Positions 1 through 8,553 of a stretch of 64,000 bases of DNA are shown piece after piece; position 1 is the first letter of the stretch, and every line of letters begins with the position of its first letter. This DNA comes from a virus: IMG/VR virus record IMGVR_UViG_3300021171_000005, positions 29,866-93,865 of that record; one strand, written 5' to 3'. The notes under the pieces are model-generated. The model saw only the letters and a program-made list of their open reading frames with translations, was not told the DNA's origin and searched no databases. A program made the position numbers and the translations under genes.

Positions 1-522
1 GTGGCGATTCAAATATTAGTAAAACGCGGTGTAGACGCAAATCGCCCGGTTTTATCAGATGGCGAATTCTATTTCGCGACGAACACCAAGAGACTGTTCA
101 CGGGATCGGTTCCAAACAAAATTCCGGTAGTTGCGGCGGAAGTAGATTTAACCGCGCAAGCAGCCGCGATCACGGCAACTACGATTTTAACACCGTCAGC
201 GACGGGTCGATTCCGTATTAATGTTTATCTAAAAGTCACGCGAGCCGCTACAACTTCAAGCACATTGGGCGGTGCGACTGGCGTGGTAATTACCTACACA
301 GATGGTACTGATTCTGTTGCGCAAAGTCTTACATGTGCTTTGGCGACACAAGCCGGAGCAATTGCAACCACCAACGCGGGAAACACAACCGCCTCAAAAC
401 TGGTTGGATCGGTGGTTATCTACGCTTTAACCGGTGTAGCAATTCAATACGCGATAGGTTATACATCTTCCGGAACCACCACAATGCAATTTGAAGCACA
501 TTTGTCTTGCGAGGCAATGTAA
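1..522 (+). CDS. Virion fibre/decoration protein: Mtd_N/hyaluronidase-N-like head plus repeated 'LTAQ' C-terminal domain
   Basis: N-terminal IxVKRG...LxDGExxFxxxTxRLxxG motif typical of fibre N-termini; C-terminal ~125 aa is paralogous to ORFs 4086, 24500 and 25819. Confidence 0.6.
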   Translation: MAIQILVKRGVDANRPVLSDGEFYFATNTKRLFTGSVPNKIPVVAAEVDLTAQAAAITATTILTPSATGRFRINVYLKVTRAATTSSTLGGATGVVITYTDGTDSVAQSLTCALATQAGAIATTNAGNTTASKLVGSVVIYALTGVAIQYAIGYTSSGTTTMQFEAHLSCEAM

Positions 523-558
523 ACGAGTCTACTGGCCAATCCCTCAGACTAGGAGATC

Positions 559-1272
559 GTGTTGATTAATATAGATTGTGTGAACGCAAGTACAGAAGCC
601 AGCGATCAGATGATTAAATGGCTGACCGCCGCACTTCAGATTCAGGTAAATAGAGATTTTGCCCCCATTTGGGGATTTGGAGCGAATTTGTTTTTCGTTC
701 CAAAAGGCGGGGCGACGAATCCCGCACATTGGCAGCTAGTATATCTGGACAATGCTGATGTTTCCGGAGCGCTCGGATATCACGATTTGACCGCATCGGG
801 TTTGCCGCTAGGAAAAGTATTCATCCGCACCACGGAACTAGCCGGGGATGCGTGGTCAGTAACGGCCTCGCATGAATTGCTGGAAATGCTTGTCGATCCT
901 TGGATAGATACAGCGGTCATTCTTTTGAATAACGATGGGTCCGGCACGGCTTACGGATACGAAGTCGGCGATCCGGTTGAAACAGATTCTCTTGGCTACG
1001 TCATCAACGATTTCAAGATGTCCGATTTCATTACTCCTGATTGGTTCAACCCTCCGACACTGATTCCGGGTGGCAAATTTGATTTCATGGGGCATGTTAC
1101 GGCTCCGCTTCAAATTTTGCCGGGCGGATACGCTGGAGTATTAAACATCGGTAGTAGCGGCGGATGGACCCAAATATTCGGGGACGGGACCACTACCACC
1201 AATGTTCCTAAGGGCTCCCGACGAGAACTTCGTACTAAACCTCACGCACAACGAGTTCGCAGCAAAGTTTAA
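559..1272 (+). CDS. Zincin-like metalloprotease
   Basis: ALGYH and SHELLEMLVDP (HExxE) motifs plus downstream YEVGDPVE; RBS AGGAG upstream. Confidence 0.6.
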   Translation: MLINIDCVNASTEASDQMIKWLTAALQIQVNRDFAPIWGFGANLFFVPKGGATNPAHWQLVYLDNADVSGALGYHDLTASGLPLGKVFIRTTELAGDAWSVTASHELLEMLVDPWIDTAVILLNNDGSGTAYGYEVGDPVETDSLGYVINDFKMSDFITPDWFNPPTLIPGGKFDFMGHVTAPLQILPGGYAGVLNIGSSGGWTQIFGDGTTTTNVPKGSRRELRTKPHAQRVRSKV

Positions 1273-1277
1273 GGTTT

Positions 1278-1506
1278 GATGTTCCAAGGAACGATAAGAG
1301 GTTCGGATTAACTTCTTGTCCGGAACTGGACATCGCAGTCGGGTCGCTCCCGGCAAACCCCGCGTTCTGGGGGTTTACAGAACAAAGAATCGTCTTAGCG
1401 GATGATTCTGCGTGCTGGTGGATGACTGGCCGTCGGATATCAGCATCGGATTTCGGCTCTGTCCAAGCCGCGTCCGAGAAGCCTGATCAATCTTCTCGGA
1501 CTCCGA
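1278..1506 (+). ncRNA. Candidate highly structured ncRNA or leader RNA
   Basis: At least 8 helices in 230 nt, with G-U wobbles valid on the + strand, and an H-type pseudoknot (GTTCTG 1364-69 / CAGAAC 1378-83). Confidence 0.6.
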
Positions 1507-1522
1507 GTTTTAGGTGAATCAA

Positions 1523-1624
1523 ATGTGGGTTCGTGCCTGCCCGATTTGCCGTGTAATTTTATGCAAGAAAACCCTTCAGGAAATCCTCTACTGCATATGC
1601 GGAAAATTCGTGTGGGGCCGGTAG
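1523..1624 (+). CDS. 33-aa zinc-ribbon microprotein (MWVRACPICRVILCKKTLQEILYCICGKFVWGR)
   Basis: Translated by hand; AGGTGA RBS; CxxC...CxCG; below the ORF-track size cutoff. Confidence 0.5.
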   Translation: MWVRACPICRVILCKKTLQEILYCICGKFVWGR

Positions 1625-1720
1625 AGGAAATTATCGCTGAATTGCCCGCCATTCCTCCAATCACATTGGAGTTTTGCATATTTTTACAATCCAATTTTGA
1701 CGAAATCATAAAAGACTTAC

Positions 1721-2281
1721 ATGACGACAAAGACCTGCACACATCCTAATTGCAACCGACCGTTCTATGCTAAGAATTCTTGTAAATATCACTATTACGC
1801 CAGCCGCAAAACGGATGATGTAAAATTAAAACAACAAGAATACCAAGCACAATATTACCAAGATAATAAGGAAAGGATTCGAGACCGGAATCTTGAACAT
1901 AGAGACCAACGCCTTCAGTATCTAAAGGAGTGGAGGCTGGCTAATCCCGATATGTACCGACATTATCGTATGACCAATCCTGAACGGTTTATTGAAACTA
2001 GTCGTAAACAGAATTATGCCAAGTATGGCATTACATATGAAGAAAAACTTCAAAGAATAGAACTTCAAGGAAGCAAATGCGCCATTTGTGGGGTAAGCGA
2101 ACCCGGCGGCAAGCACGGACAGTGGGTTACTGATCACGACCACGCTACAAATTGTCTAAGAGCTGAATTATGCAATAGTTGCAACTTAATGCTAGGATTA
2201 AGTAAAGATAATCCAGAAATCCTAAAACAGGCAGCTAAATATTTAGAATCTTGGTCGCAATCTAAAAAGGGTGCGGCATGA
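1721..2281 (+). CDS. Endonuclease VII-like (HNH) homing endonuclease
   Basis: KYGIT...CAIC...DHDH...RAELCNSCN motif. Confidence 0.85.
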   Translation: MTTKTCTHPNCNRPFYAKNSCKYHYYASRKTDDVKLKQQEYQAQYYQDNKERIRDRNLEHRDQRLQYLKEWRLANPDMYRHYRMTNPERFIETSRKQNYAKYGITYEEKLQRIELQGSKCAICGVSEPGGKHGQWVTDHDHATNCLRAELCNSCNLMLGLSKDNPEILKQAAKYLESWSQSKKGAA

Positions 2282-2862
2282 CCAAAGCCCGCTGGGAAAC
2301 GTATAACGACGAGATTCTGGGCAAGGACACGCCAGAGATGGAAGCGGCGATGGCCGCATATGCCCGGAATCGGCATGAAACCAGCAGTGAGCAAAATAAA
2401 GAAGAATTAGCTCGCTGGAAAGAGGGCAATGCCGCAATCGCTTCGCAGTATCAGTGGGTTAAACCCGAAGAATACGCCGATATGGGACCGCGCGTCGGGC
2501 GCATTCTAACCTATGACCAGTTCATTAACATTCTGCGCGAGAAGTGCAAGTTGACATGTTTTTATCGAGAGATGGGGCACCCCCAGAAACTCGCCCTGTG
2601 GGTCCAGAAGAATGGAATGACCGAACCACAAGTTGCTTGCTGGGTGCAAAGACCCTACATGATCGAGTTCGAAGTAATGCGCTTTGATGATAAGGGTGTT
2701 CCGCTGGATAGCCGGTATAGGGGGTGGCGCACTTGTTTGTTGCAAATGAGAATGAAAGAAATGTTGACCGAACAACAAATTAACAAGGCATTCGGCTCTG
2801 CCACCGGCCCCGCATCTGAACGATATAACATGACAATGAAAAGCTTACGGAACAATTTCTAA
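2278..2862 (+). CDS. Hypothetical phage protein
   Basis: 194-aa ORF, ATGA overlap with the upstream gene. Confidence 0.6.
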   Translation: MTKARWETYNDEILGKDTPEMEAAMAAYARNRHETSSEQNKEELARWKEGNAAIASQYQWVKPEEYADMGPRVGRILTYDQFINILREKCKLTCFYREMGHPQKLALWVQKNGMTEPQVACWVQRPYMIEFEVMRFDDKGVPLDSRYRGWRTCLLQMRMKEMLTEQQINKAFGSATGPASERYNMTMKSLRNNF

Positions 2863-3128
2863 TGCAATACCAAACTCAAGATTCGCGGTTGGCTGCCTTT
2901 TTCCTGACAAATGGTATTCCATTCTCGGGGACAGAACTCCGTTATCAGGATGAAGATGATCGCGTGTTGTTGAATTTTACCATCACTGATCAGGACAAAT
3001 TCGCGCAGCTTAAGCGAGATTTCTTCGAGAATGGCACGGTTCCGGCATTGCTGTTCGCCAACAATCTTAAGTTTATTATGCACGCAATCCGCGAGGCCCG
3101 CGAATTGGCAAGACTTTCTGTTCGATAA
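2862..3128 (+). CDS. Small phage protein (DUF5659-like)
   Basis: YQTQDSRLAAFF...G pattern; TAATG translational coupling. Confidence 0.45.
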   Translation: MQYQTQDSRLAAFFLTNGIPFSGTELRYQDEDDRVLLNFTITDQDKFAQLKRDFFENGTVPALLFANNLKFIMHAIREARELARLSVR

Positions 3129-3159
3129 AGAACCTTACCTCAAACCTTAATAGGATTAT

Positions 3160-3759
3160 ATGACTGACGAAGTGAAAGCAAAACAAAAGACTAAAGCACA
3201 GTTATTGGCAGCAGATGTTGATTCGTTGACCACAGAAGAACTCGAACGACGTAAATTGTTCATTACGTTGGATAAAGAAGAAGCCGACTCGCAGGATATT
3301 CGCGAACGCCTCGCAGAGCGCGACAATAAACGCACGATGCGTTTTGAAGGGTATAAATCCAAAGGCCGCGAGCTGAAGAAAATGGTCGCGGACCAGACAG
3401 TTCAGCAGGCCAATTGCAGCCATCGTAAGGGCGGTCGTGGTCTAGAAGCCCTGCAACGCGGGGGCACTGATAGCGATTACGCGGTTATCCGCCATCTGCT
3501 TCCTACCAATGAGATTTGGCAGCGCTGTCAGCGGTGCGGAAAGACATGGCGTCCCCCAAATCAACTCGATTATGCAATGGATGCATCGGAAGGTCGCTTG
3601 GCATTTGAATCCGATATGCGAGCCTACAAAGAGGCCATTGGCTGGCCGACCGACAATATTATGAGTACTGGTATCACCTTCCAGCACCACAGCGAGGACA
3701 ACGATGTTCGGGCGAAGCAATTTGTTCACGATGTCATGAAAGATACCAATCTTCGTTAA
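3160..3759 (+). CDS. Hypothetical protein with coiled coil and Zn-binding motifs
   Basis: CSH...CQRCG; RBS AGGA. Confidence 0.6.
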   Translation: MTDEVKAKQKTKAQLLAADVDSLTTEELERRKLFITLDKEEADSQDIRERLAERDNKRTMRFEGYKSKGRELKKMVADQTVQQANCSHRKGGRGLEALQRGGTDSDYAVIRHLLPTNEIWQRCQRCGKTWRPPNQLDYAMDASEGRLAFESDMRAYKEAIGWPTDNIMSTGITFQHHSEDNDVRAKQFVHDVMKDTNLR

Positions 3760-4085
3760 TGCCTAATCAGCAACTCTATCCTCAAACCACATATCCCCTC
3801 ACTGGAGATATTCAGAGTACGCCCGGTCTGCCGACGGTAACGGTTACGGGGATTCAAACAATCCCCGTTTCCCCTACAACTCCAACTGATCAGCAAGTTC
3901 TTATATTCCAGCAAGCGTTACTGCAATACGTCCCCAGTAATATATTTACTAATAAAAGCATTCAAATAAACGGCGCTCCGGTGAGCGACGATTACGATTT
4001 CTATGTGAATTTCTATGATACTAGGATTCAAGTTAATTCAACAAATCCACCCAATGGAAAACCAGTATTGGTCAACGGAGCGTAA
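3759..4085 (+). CDS. Virion-associated protein
   Basis: LTGDI...PTVTGIQ fibre-type motif; coupled to neighbours. Confidence 0.5.
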   Translation: MPNQQLYPQTTYPLTGDIQSTPGLPTVTVTGIQTIPVSPTTPTDQQVLIFQQALLQYVPSNIFTNKSIQINGAPVSDDYDFYVNFYDTRIQVNSTNPPNGKPVLVNGA

Positions 4086-4559
4086 ATGAGCGTCAATCTT
4101 AATAATACTACGCCAGCAGCTCCGGGTGGTGGTACTAATGTATCGTGGCAAGTTGACGGCTCAGGCAATATTAGTGCTTATACCTCGACGGCGGCTTCAG
4201 TTGCAACAGAGGTTGATTTAACCGCACAGACTGCGAATATTTCTGCAACAACTCTGGTAACTCCCGGTTCTGCGGGATTCTATCGTGTATCGGTATACAG
4301 CATCGTAACTACGGCTGATGGCGCGTCCTCGACTCTTCCTAAAACCACTATTACATGGACAGACGCGCATAATACAACTGCGCAGACTTTCGATGTGACT
4401 CCAACTAATGCTGGAAATACTCTTACTACTTTTCAGCAAGGTTCGATGCAATTAAATTCTGTATCTGGCACAGCGATTAAATACGCAACTTCTGGGTATG
4501 CCTCCGGAACTCCGGCGACGATGCAATACGCATTGCGCATCACCTTGGAGAAAATCTGA
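4086..4559 (+). CDS. Virion decoration/fibre protein with 'LTAQ' domain
   Basis: EVDLTAQ...GFYRV...SSTL...MQYALRITLE, paralogous to ORF 1. Confidence 0.6.
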   Translation: MSVNLNNTTPAAPGGGTNVSWQVDGSGNISAYTSTAASVATEVDLTAQTANISATTLVTPGSAGFYRVSVYSIVTTADGASSTLPKTTITWTDAHNTTAQTFDVTPTNAGNTLTTFQQGSMQLNSVSGTAIKYATSGYASGTPATMQYALRITLEKI

Positions 4560-5659
4560 TGGCGTTAATTAACAACGGCAGTACAGTTTCTCTTCAGCAG
4601 GTCGTCGATAATGCCTTGGCTAACGGCGATACCGCACCTGCATTGGCCACGGGTGGTTACTCAGATCAACCAGCCCTGCAAATTGCAAACACCGTGTTGT
4701 CTGAAATGATCAACGGAGGTCCCGGAACCCAGCCATATAATTGGAAATGGAATAGAGTTAATATCACTCCGTTTTTCACCAATAGCTGGCAGCAGGATTA
4801 TTTCATTCCGGGTTTGGTAGGAATCTCGTGGCTTGAGAGCTGTTACGCGAACGAATTTAATCTCACTTCTCAACCAAAACCTAAGATTCCGATGGAAGCC
4901 CGCAAGGATTTGATTGCCACGTACGTTCAATACGGATGGCCTTCGAAGATTGCGGCACTTCCAAATAAATTATTGTTTACAGGAACATGGGGGGCGACGG
5001 AACTGGCAACTCCGACTGGACAAAATAATCCCGGCCCCGGCGTTGTCATTACAAATCCGGCGGGGCAGCCCGCAATGCCACTTAATCCTATTACTCAAGT
5101 ACAGGATTCCTTCGGCAATTTGTGGGTAGTTACCACGTACGGCACTTGCGGAAATACTAATCCATTTCTGACAAATCAGAACCCAAGCAATCAGTATCCG
5201 ACGCTCCAAAATCCCACAACTTCCGCCGTAACAGTAAATGATGGAAGTGTGGTTTGGACCGCTATTAATCCCAATGGACAGGGATTTCGCTTGAGTCCAA
5301 TTCCTCCGCAGCAAGGACAGGTTTGGCAAATAAACCCCCTTGCTCAGATGAGTTTTCAGAGATTTACTGCTTTAACGCAAACCATTGATCCCATCCCCGA
5401 TGCCTATAGCCAATATTTCATGGATGGGTTTCTTGCCCAATGCTATCGGCGTCATCCCGATGCCAAGGTGCGAGCAAGATTCAATGACGAATACAAATTG
5501 TGGCTGACCAGCCTCGACGCCGCCGTGAAACAGGCCGATAGAGAATTGGATGATTACGGTTTCTATCCCGGAAGTAGCTGTATGGACGGCGGAGGACTAG
5601 GGGGCTGGTTCGGACCGAGCTGGCCGTTCTCGGGTCCACCATTTGGTAGTGCTTATTAA
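4559..5659 (+). CDS. Head-tail adaptor / tail tubular protein A-like
   Basis: PYNWKWNR...QQDY...PIPDAY; paralogue of 7834. Confidence 0.5.
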   Translation: MALINNGSTVSLQQVVDNALANGDTAPALATGGYSDQPALQIANTVLSEMINGGPGTQPYNWKWNRVNITPFFTNSWQQDYFIPGLVGISWLESCYANEFNLTSQPKPKIPMEARKDLIATYVQYGWPSKIAALPNKLLFTGTWGATELATPTGQNNPGPGVVITNPAGQPAMPLNPITQVQDSFGNLWVVTTYGTCGNTNPFLTNQNPSNQYPTLQNPTTSAVTVNDGSVVWTAINPNGQGFRLSPIPPQQGQVWQINPLAQMSFQRFTALTQTIDPIPDAYSQYFMDGFLAQCYRRHPDAKVRARFNDEYKLWLTSLDAAVKQADRELDDYGFYPGSSCMDGGGLGGWFGPSWPFSGPPFGSAY

Positions 5660-5719
5660 TTGACCACAATATATTGTTGTTGTTAAGAACATATAAATGG
5701 TGTATAATATAGAGTATTA

Positions 5720-6278
5720 TATGCCTGCTTCAAGAACACATTGTAAACGCGGACACGAATTAACCGAAGATAATGTCTATTACGCAATTGAAAATGGTCG
5801 CAGGCGCAGACGATGCAAGCAATGTGAATTGAATCGTCGTCAAACCGACCGAGCCAAAGCAGTAAAGAAAGCGGGTCGCCCACCCTACGATCCAAGTAAA
5901 TATCAAAAATGGTACGCCGCAAATGCCGAAGTTGCCAAACAAAGGCAACGCGACGCACGGAAGAACAACCCCGATCAATTTCGTGGGTATGAATATAAAA
6001 AGAGATTTGGCATAACGCTCGAAGAATACAATAAAATGCTTGCCGATCAGAATAATCGGTGTAAAGCATGTAAAACCGATGAACCGGGTGGCAAATACAA
6101 TCGATTCATGGTTGATCATGATCATTCCTGTTGTCCCGGAAGAAAATGCTGCGGAAAATGTATTCGTGGTCTTCTTTGCCATTCGTGCAATTTGACATTA
6201 GGAAACGCCCTAGATAATCCAAAGCGTCTAGCTAATCTTGCAAAGTATATTAGAGATTTTAGGGCACCTTCTCAATAA
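5720..6278 (+). CDS. Endonuclease VII-like homing endonuclease
   Basis: RTHCKRGH N-terminus; FGIT...CKAC...VDHDHSCC...RGLLCHSCN; start at about 5721 or at 5697. Confidence 0.85.
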
Positions 6279-6425
6279 CTTCGTCGCGGCAGTAGACCTT
6301 CCAATAAATCCTATGCGGGGCCAGTAGGCGGAATTCCTTCTACCTACTGCTTGCGATTGGCCCTATTAATCCTTCGTCTGCTCGGCAGGCGTAATCCCCA
6401 CCCTACTCTGACTTAAAGGATTAAA

Positions 6426-7448
6426 ATGAAAGTATTATTTCTAGTAAAGCAAAGACACGCCTATCACGATGGATATAGTCAAACGTTTCCTAGCGGACTG
6501 TTGAATTCGGCGCAATTTGTCGTAGATATGTTGAACGCCATAGGAATCGAAGCAAAATTGGTCGATGTTGTGGACAACAATTCAATTGACAAAGAAGTTC
6601 ATGATTTTAATCCGGACGTAGTAATTATCGAAGCCTTGTGGGTAGTGCCTTCCAAATTCGATGTTTTGAAGCAGCTTCATCCCAATGTTAAATGGGTAGT
6701 TCGCATTCATAGCGAAGTTCCGTTCTTGGCGCAAGAAGGAATGGCTGTCGAGTGGCTGAAAGCATATGTACAGATTCCAGATGTGCTCGTAGCTACTAAT
6801 TCTACGCGGGGACTGGACGATCTTCAATCTATTGTTGAGAATGATTCCAAGGTCTTCCTGCTTCCTAATTTTTACCCCAAAGTTCCGCTATTGCACAATC
6901 CGGGGTCGGATAACGTTCTGAATGTTGGATGTTTTGGCGCGATTCGACCCTTTAAGAATCAGCTTATCCAAGCGGTAGCCTCGATGGAATACGGGGAAAT
7001 GACGGGCACCAAAATCCAGTTTCACGTCAACGTCAGCCGGGAAGAGACCGGAGGAGACAGTGTTCTCCGAAATCTACGCGCTTTGTTTCTTGGTTCCCGC
7101 CATGTTCTTGTTGAGCATCCGTGGCAGGATCATGCAGACTTCATCAAGACGCTAGCCACGATGGACGTATCCTTGTCCGTATCCTTCAGCGAGACCTTCT
7201 GCATCGTCGCGGCAGACGCCGCTTCAGTTGGTGTTCCCATTGTCGTTTCTGATCAGGTTCCGTGGAGCATTCAATCATCGAGAGCTGACACCACAAATTC
7301 AAGCGATATTGTCCAAAAGATTCGGACTGCTATTGGCTGGAAATCTGCAATATTGAACTATAAGAATCGTACGAGTCTTCAGAAATATTCTGCTAAGAGC
7401 CGCCAAACGTGGCTTAAAGAACTGAAAATTATCAGTCAACAGGGATAA
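6426..7448 (+). CDS. Glycosyltransferase, GT-B fold (family 4-like)
   Basis: GAIRPFKN and SFSETFCIVAADAASVGVP motifs. Confidence 0.8.
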   Translation: MKVLFLVKQRHAYHDGYSQTFPSGLLNSAQFVVDMLNAIGIEAKLVDVVDNNSIDKEVHDFNPDVVIIEALWVVPSKFDVLKQLHPNVKWVVRIHSEVPFLAQEGMAVEWLKAYVQIPDVLVATNSTRGLDDLQSIVENDSKVFLLPNFYPKVPLLHNPGSDNVLNVGCFGAIRPFKNQLIQAVASMEYGEMTGTKIQFHVNVSREETGGDSVLRNLRALFLGSRHVLVEHPWQDHADFIKTLATMDVSLSVSFSETFCIVAADAASVGVPIVVSDQVPWSIQSSRADTTNSSDIVQKIRTAIGWKSAILNYKNRTSLQKYSAKSRQTWLKELKIISQQG

Positions 7449-7450
7449 AC

Positions 7451-7831
7451 ATGGCCATTACCCAAGTAACTGTCGCTTCGCCCGCAAGTGAAATTATATT
7501 TCAAGATACCGCAATGGGCGGTACCGCAGATGGGATTAAAGCCTCCTCTGCTGTTGTGTATTACGTTCAAGTTGATAATACTTTGAATGGCGCGGCGTCC
7601 TATGTGAAGTTGTACAATCTCGCTAGCGGCAGTGTCACTGTAGGAACGACCGTTCCCGATCAGGTGCTCCTCGTCGCCGCCAACAAAGTACAAACTTACG
7701 TGTTTAGTACTGCGGCATCTTCTGGGATGACTTTTGGAACTGCTTTGTCCGCTGCCTGCACTACGGCGGGCGGCACCGCTGGAAATACTTCGCCTAGTTC
7801 GAGTGTAGTCGTAACCGTTGTCTACGTCTAA
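7451..7831 (+). CDS. Small virion structural protein
   Basis: YVKLYN...VTVGTTVP...FGTALS pattern common in virion decoration proteins. Confidence 0.55.
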   Translation: MAITQVTVASPASEIIFQDTAMGGTADGIKASSAVVYYVQVDNTLNGAASYVKLYNLASGSVTVGTTVPDQVLLVAANKVQTYVFSTAASSGMTFGTALSAACTTAGGTAGNTSPSSSVVVTVVYV

Positions 7832-7833
7832 TC

Positions 7834-8553
7834 ATGCCAGCTTCTTCTACAAATACGCTTCTCTCTAGCATGGAGTGGGCGAAGAAATTCGTGTTTAATC
7901 GCCAACTTTCGCTTGGGGATTTTAAGGAACCCGCGATTACGTCGGCCAACGTGGTAAAACAAACCATGATGGGGCCGCCATTTAAATGGCGCTGGAATCG
8001 GCAAGTAATTACTTTCAATACCATTATTGGGCAGCAAGATTACGCTCAAGCAAGTAATTTCGGGTGGATTGAAAACGCATCGGTTCAAGATACCGGAGTT
8101 AGCCCGAGCAAATGGTATCCATTAACCCCCAAAATTGATTTGACGCTCGATACTTCATTGGCGAGGCCCGCCAATATTTCGGCACAATTGGATGATTTGA
8201 ACGGAACCATCACTTTCAGGCTGCTACCCGTTCCGGATAAAGTCTATCCCGTGTCCATAACTGTACAAAATAAAGCCGCGTTATTTACGTCTTTGAATCA
8301 AACATGGGGGCCGATTCCCGATGAATACTCTTATATTTATCAATTGGGATTTCTGTCCTATATGTACGAATTCGCCGACGATTCCCGCTGGATTGGCGCT
8401 CGCCAGAGATTTATTTCCTCGTTGCTAGGAGCTTCACAGGGCCTTACCGCCACAGAAGTTAATCTTTTCCTTAATAATTGGCAGACTGTTTCGGCTGCAA
8501 CGACTCAGAAAGAAATGATATTGCAGCAAGGCACGCAGGCGCGACAAACTTAA
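7834..8553 (+). CDS. Head-tail adaptor / tail tubular protein A-like
   Basis: PFKWRWNR...GQQDY...PVPDKVY...IPDEY; lies before the nozzle gene. Confidence 0.55.
   Translation: MPASSTNTLLSSMEWAKKFVFNRQLSLGDFKEPAITSANVVKQTMMGPPFKWRWNRQVITFNTIIGQQDYAQASNFGWIENASVQDTGVSPSKWYPLTPKIDLTLDTSLARPANISAQLDDLNGTITFRLLPVPDKVYPVSITVQNKAALFTSLNQTWGPIPDEYSYIYQLGFLSYMYEFADDSRWIGARQRFISSLLGASQGLTATEVNLFLNNWQTVSAATTQKEMILQQGTQARQT

Noticed and set aside
1471-1484. Short match to a remembered E. coli 6S RNA segment (CGTCCGAGAAGCCT)
   Set aside because: Only 14 nt, recalled from memory, and the surrounding fold is multibranched rather than rod-like.
5664-5679. NrdR-box-like CCACAATATATTGTTG
   Set aside because: A single AT-rich copy, not upstream of a nucleotide reductase; insufficient support.
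5660-6425. Possible group I intron around the EndoVII gene
   Set aside because: No P7/R-S core sequences were recognised, and the flanking genes appear complete.
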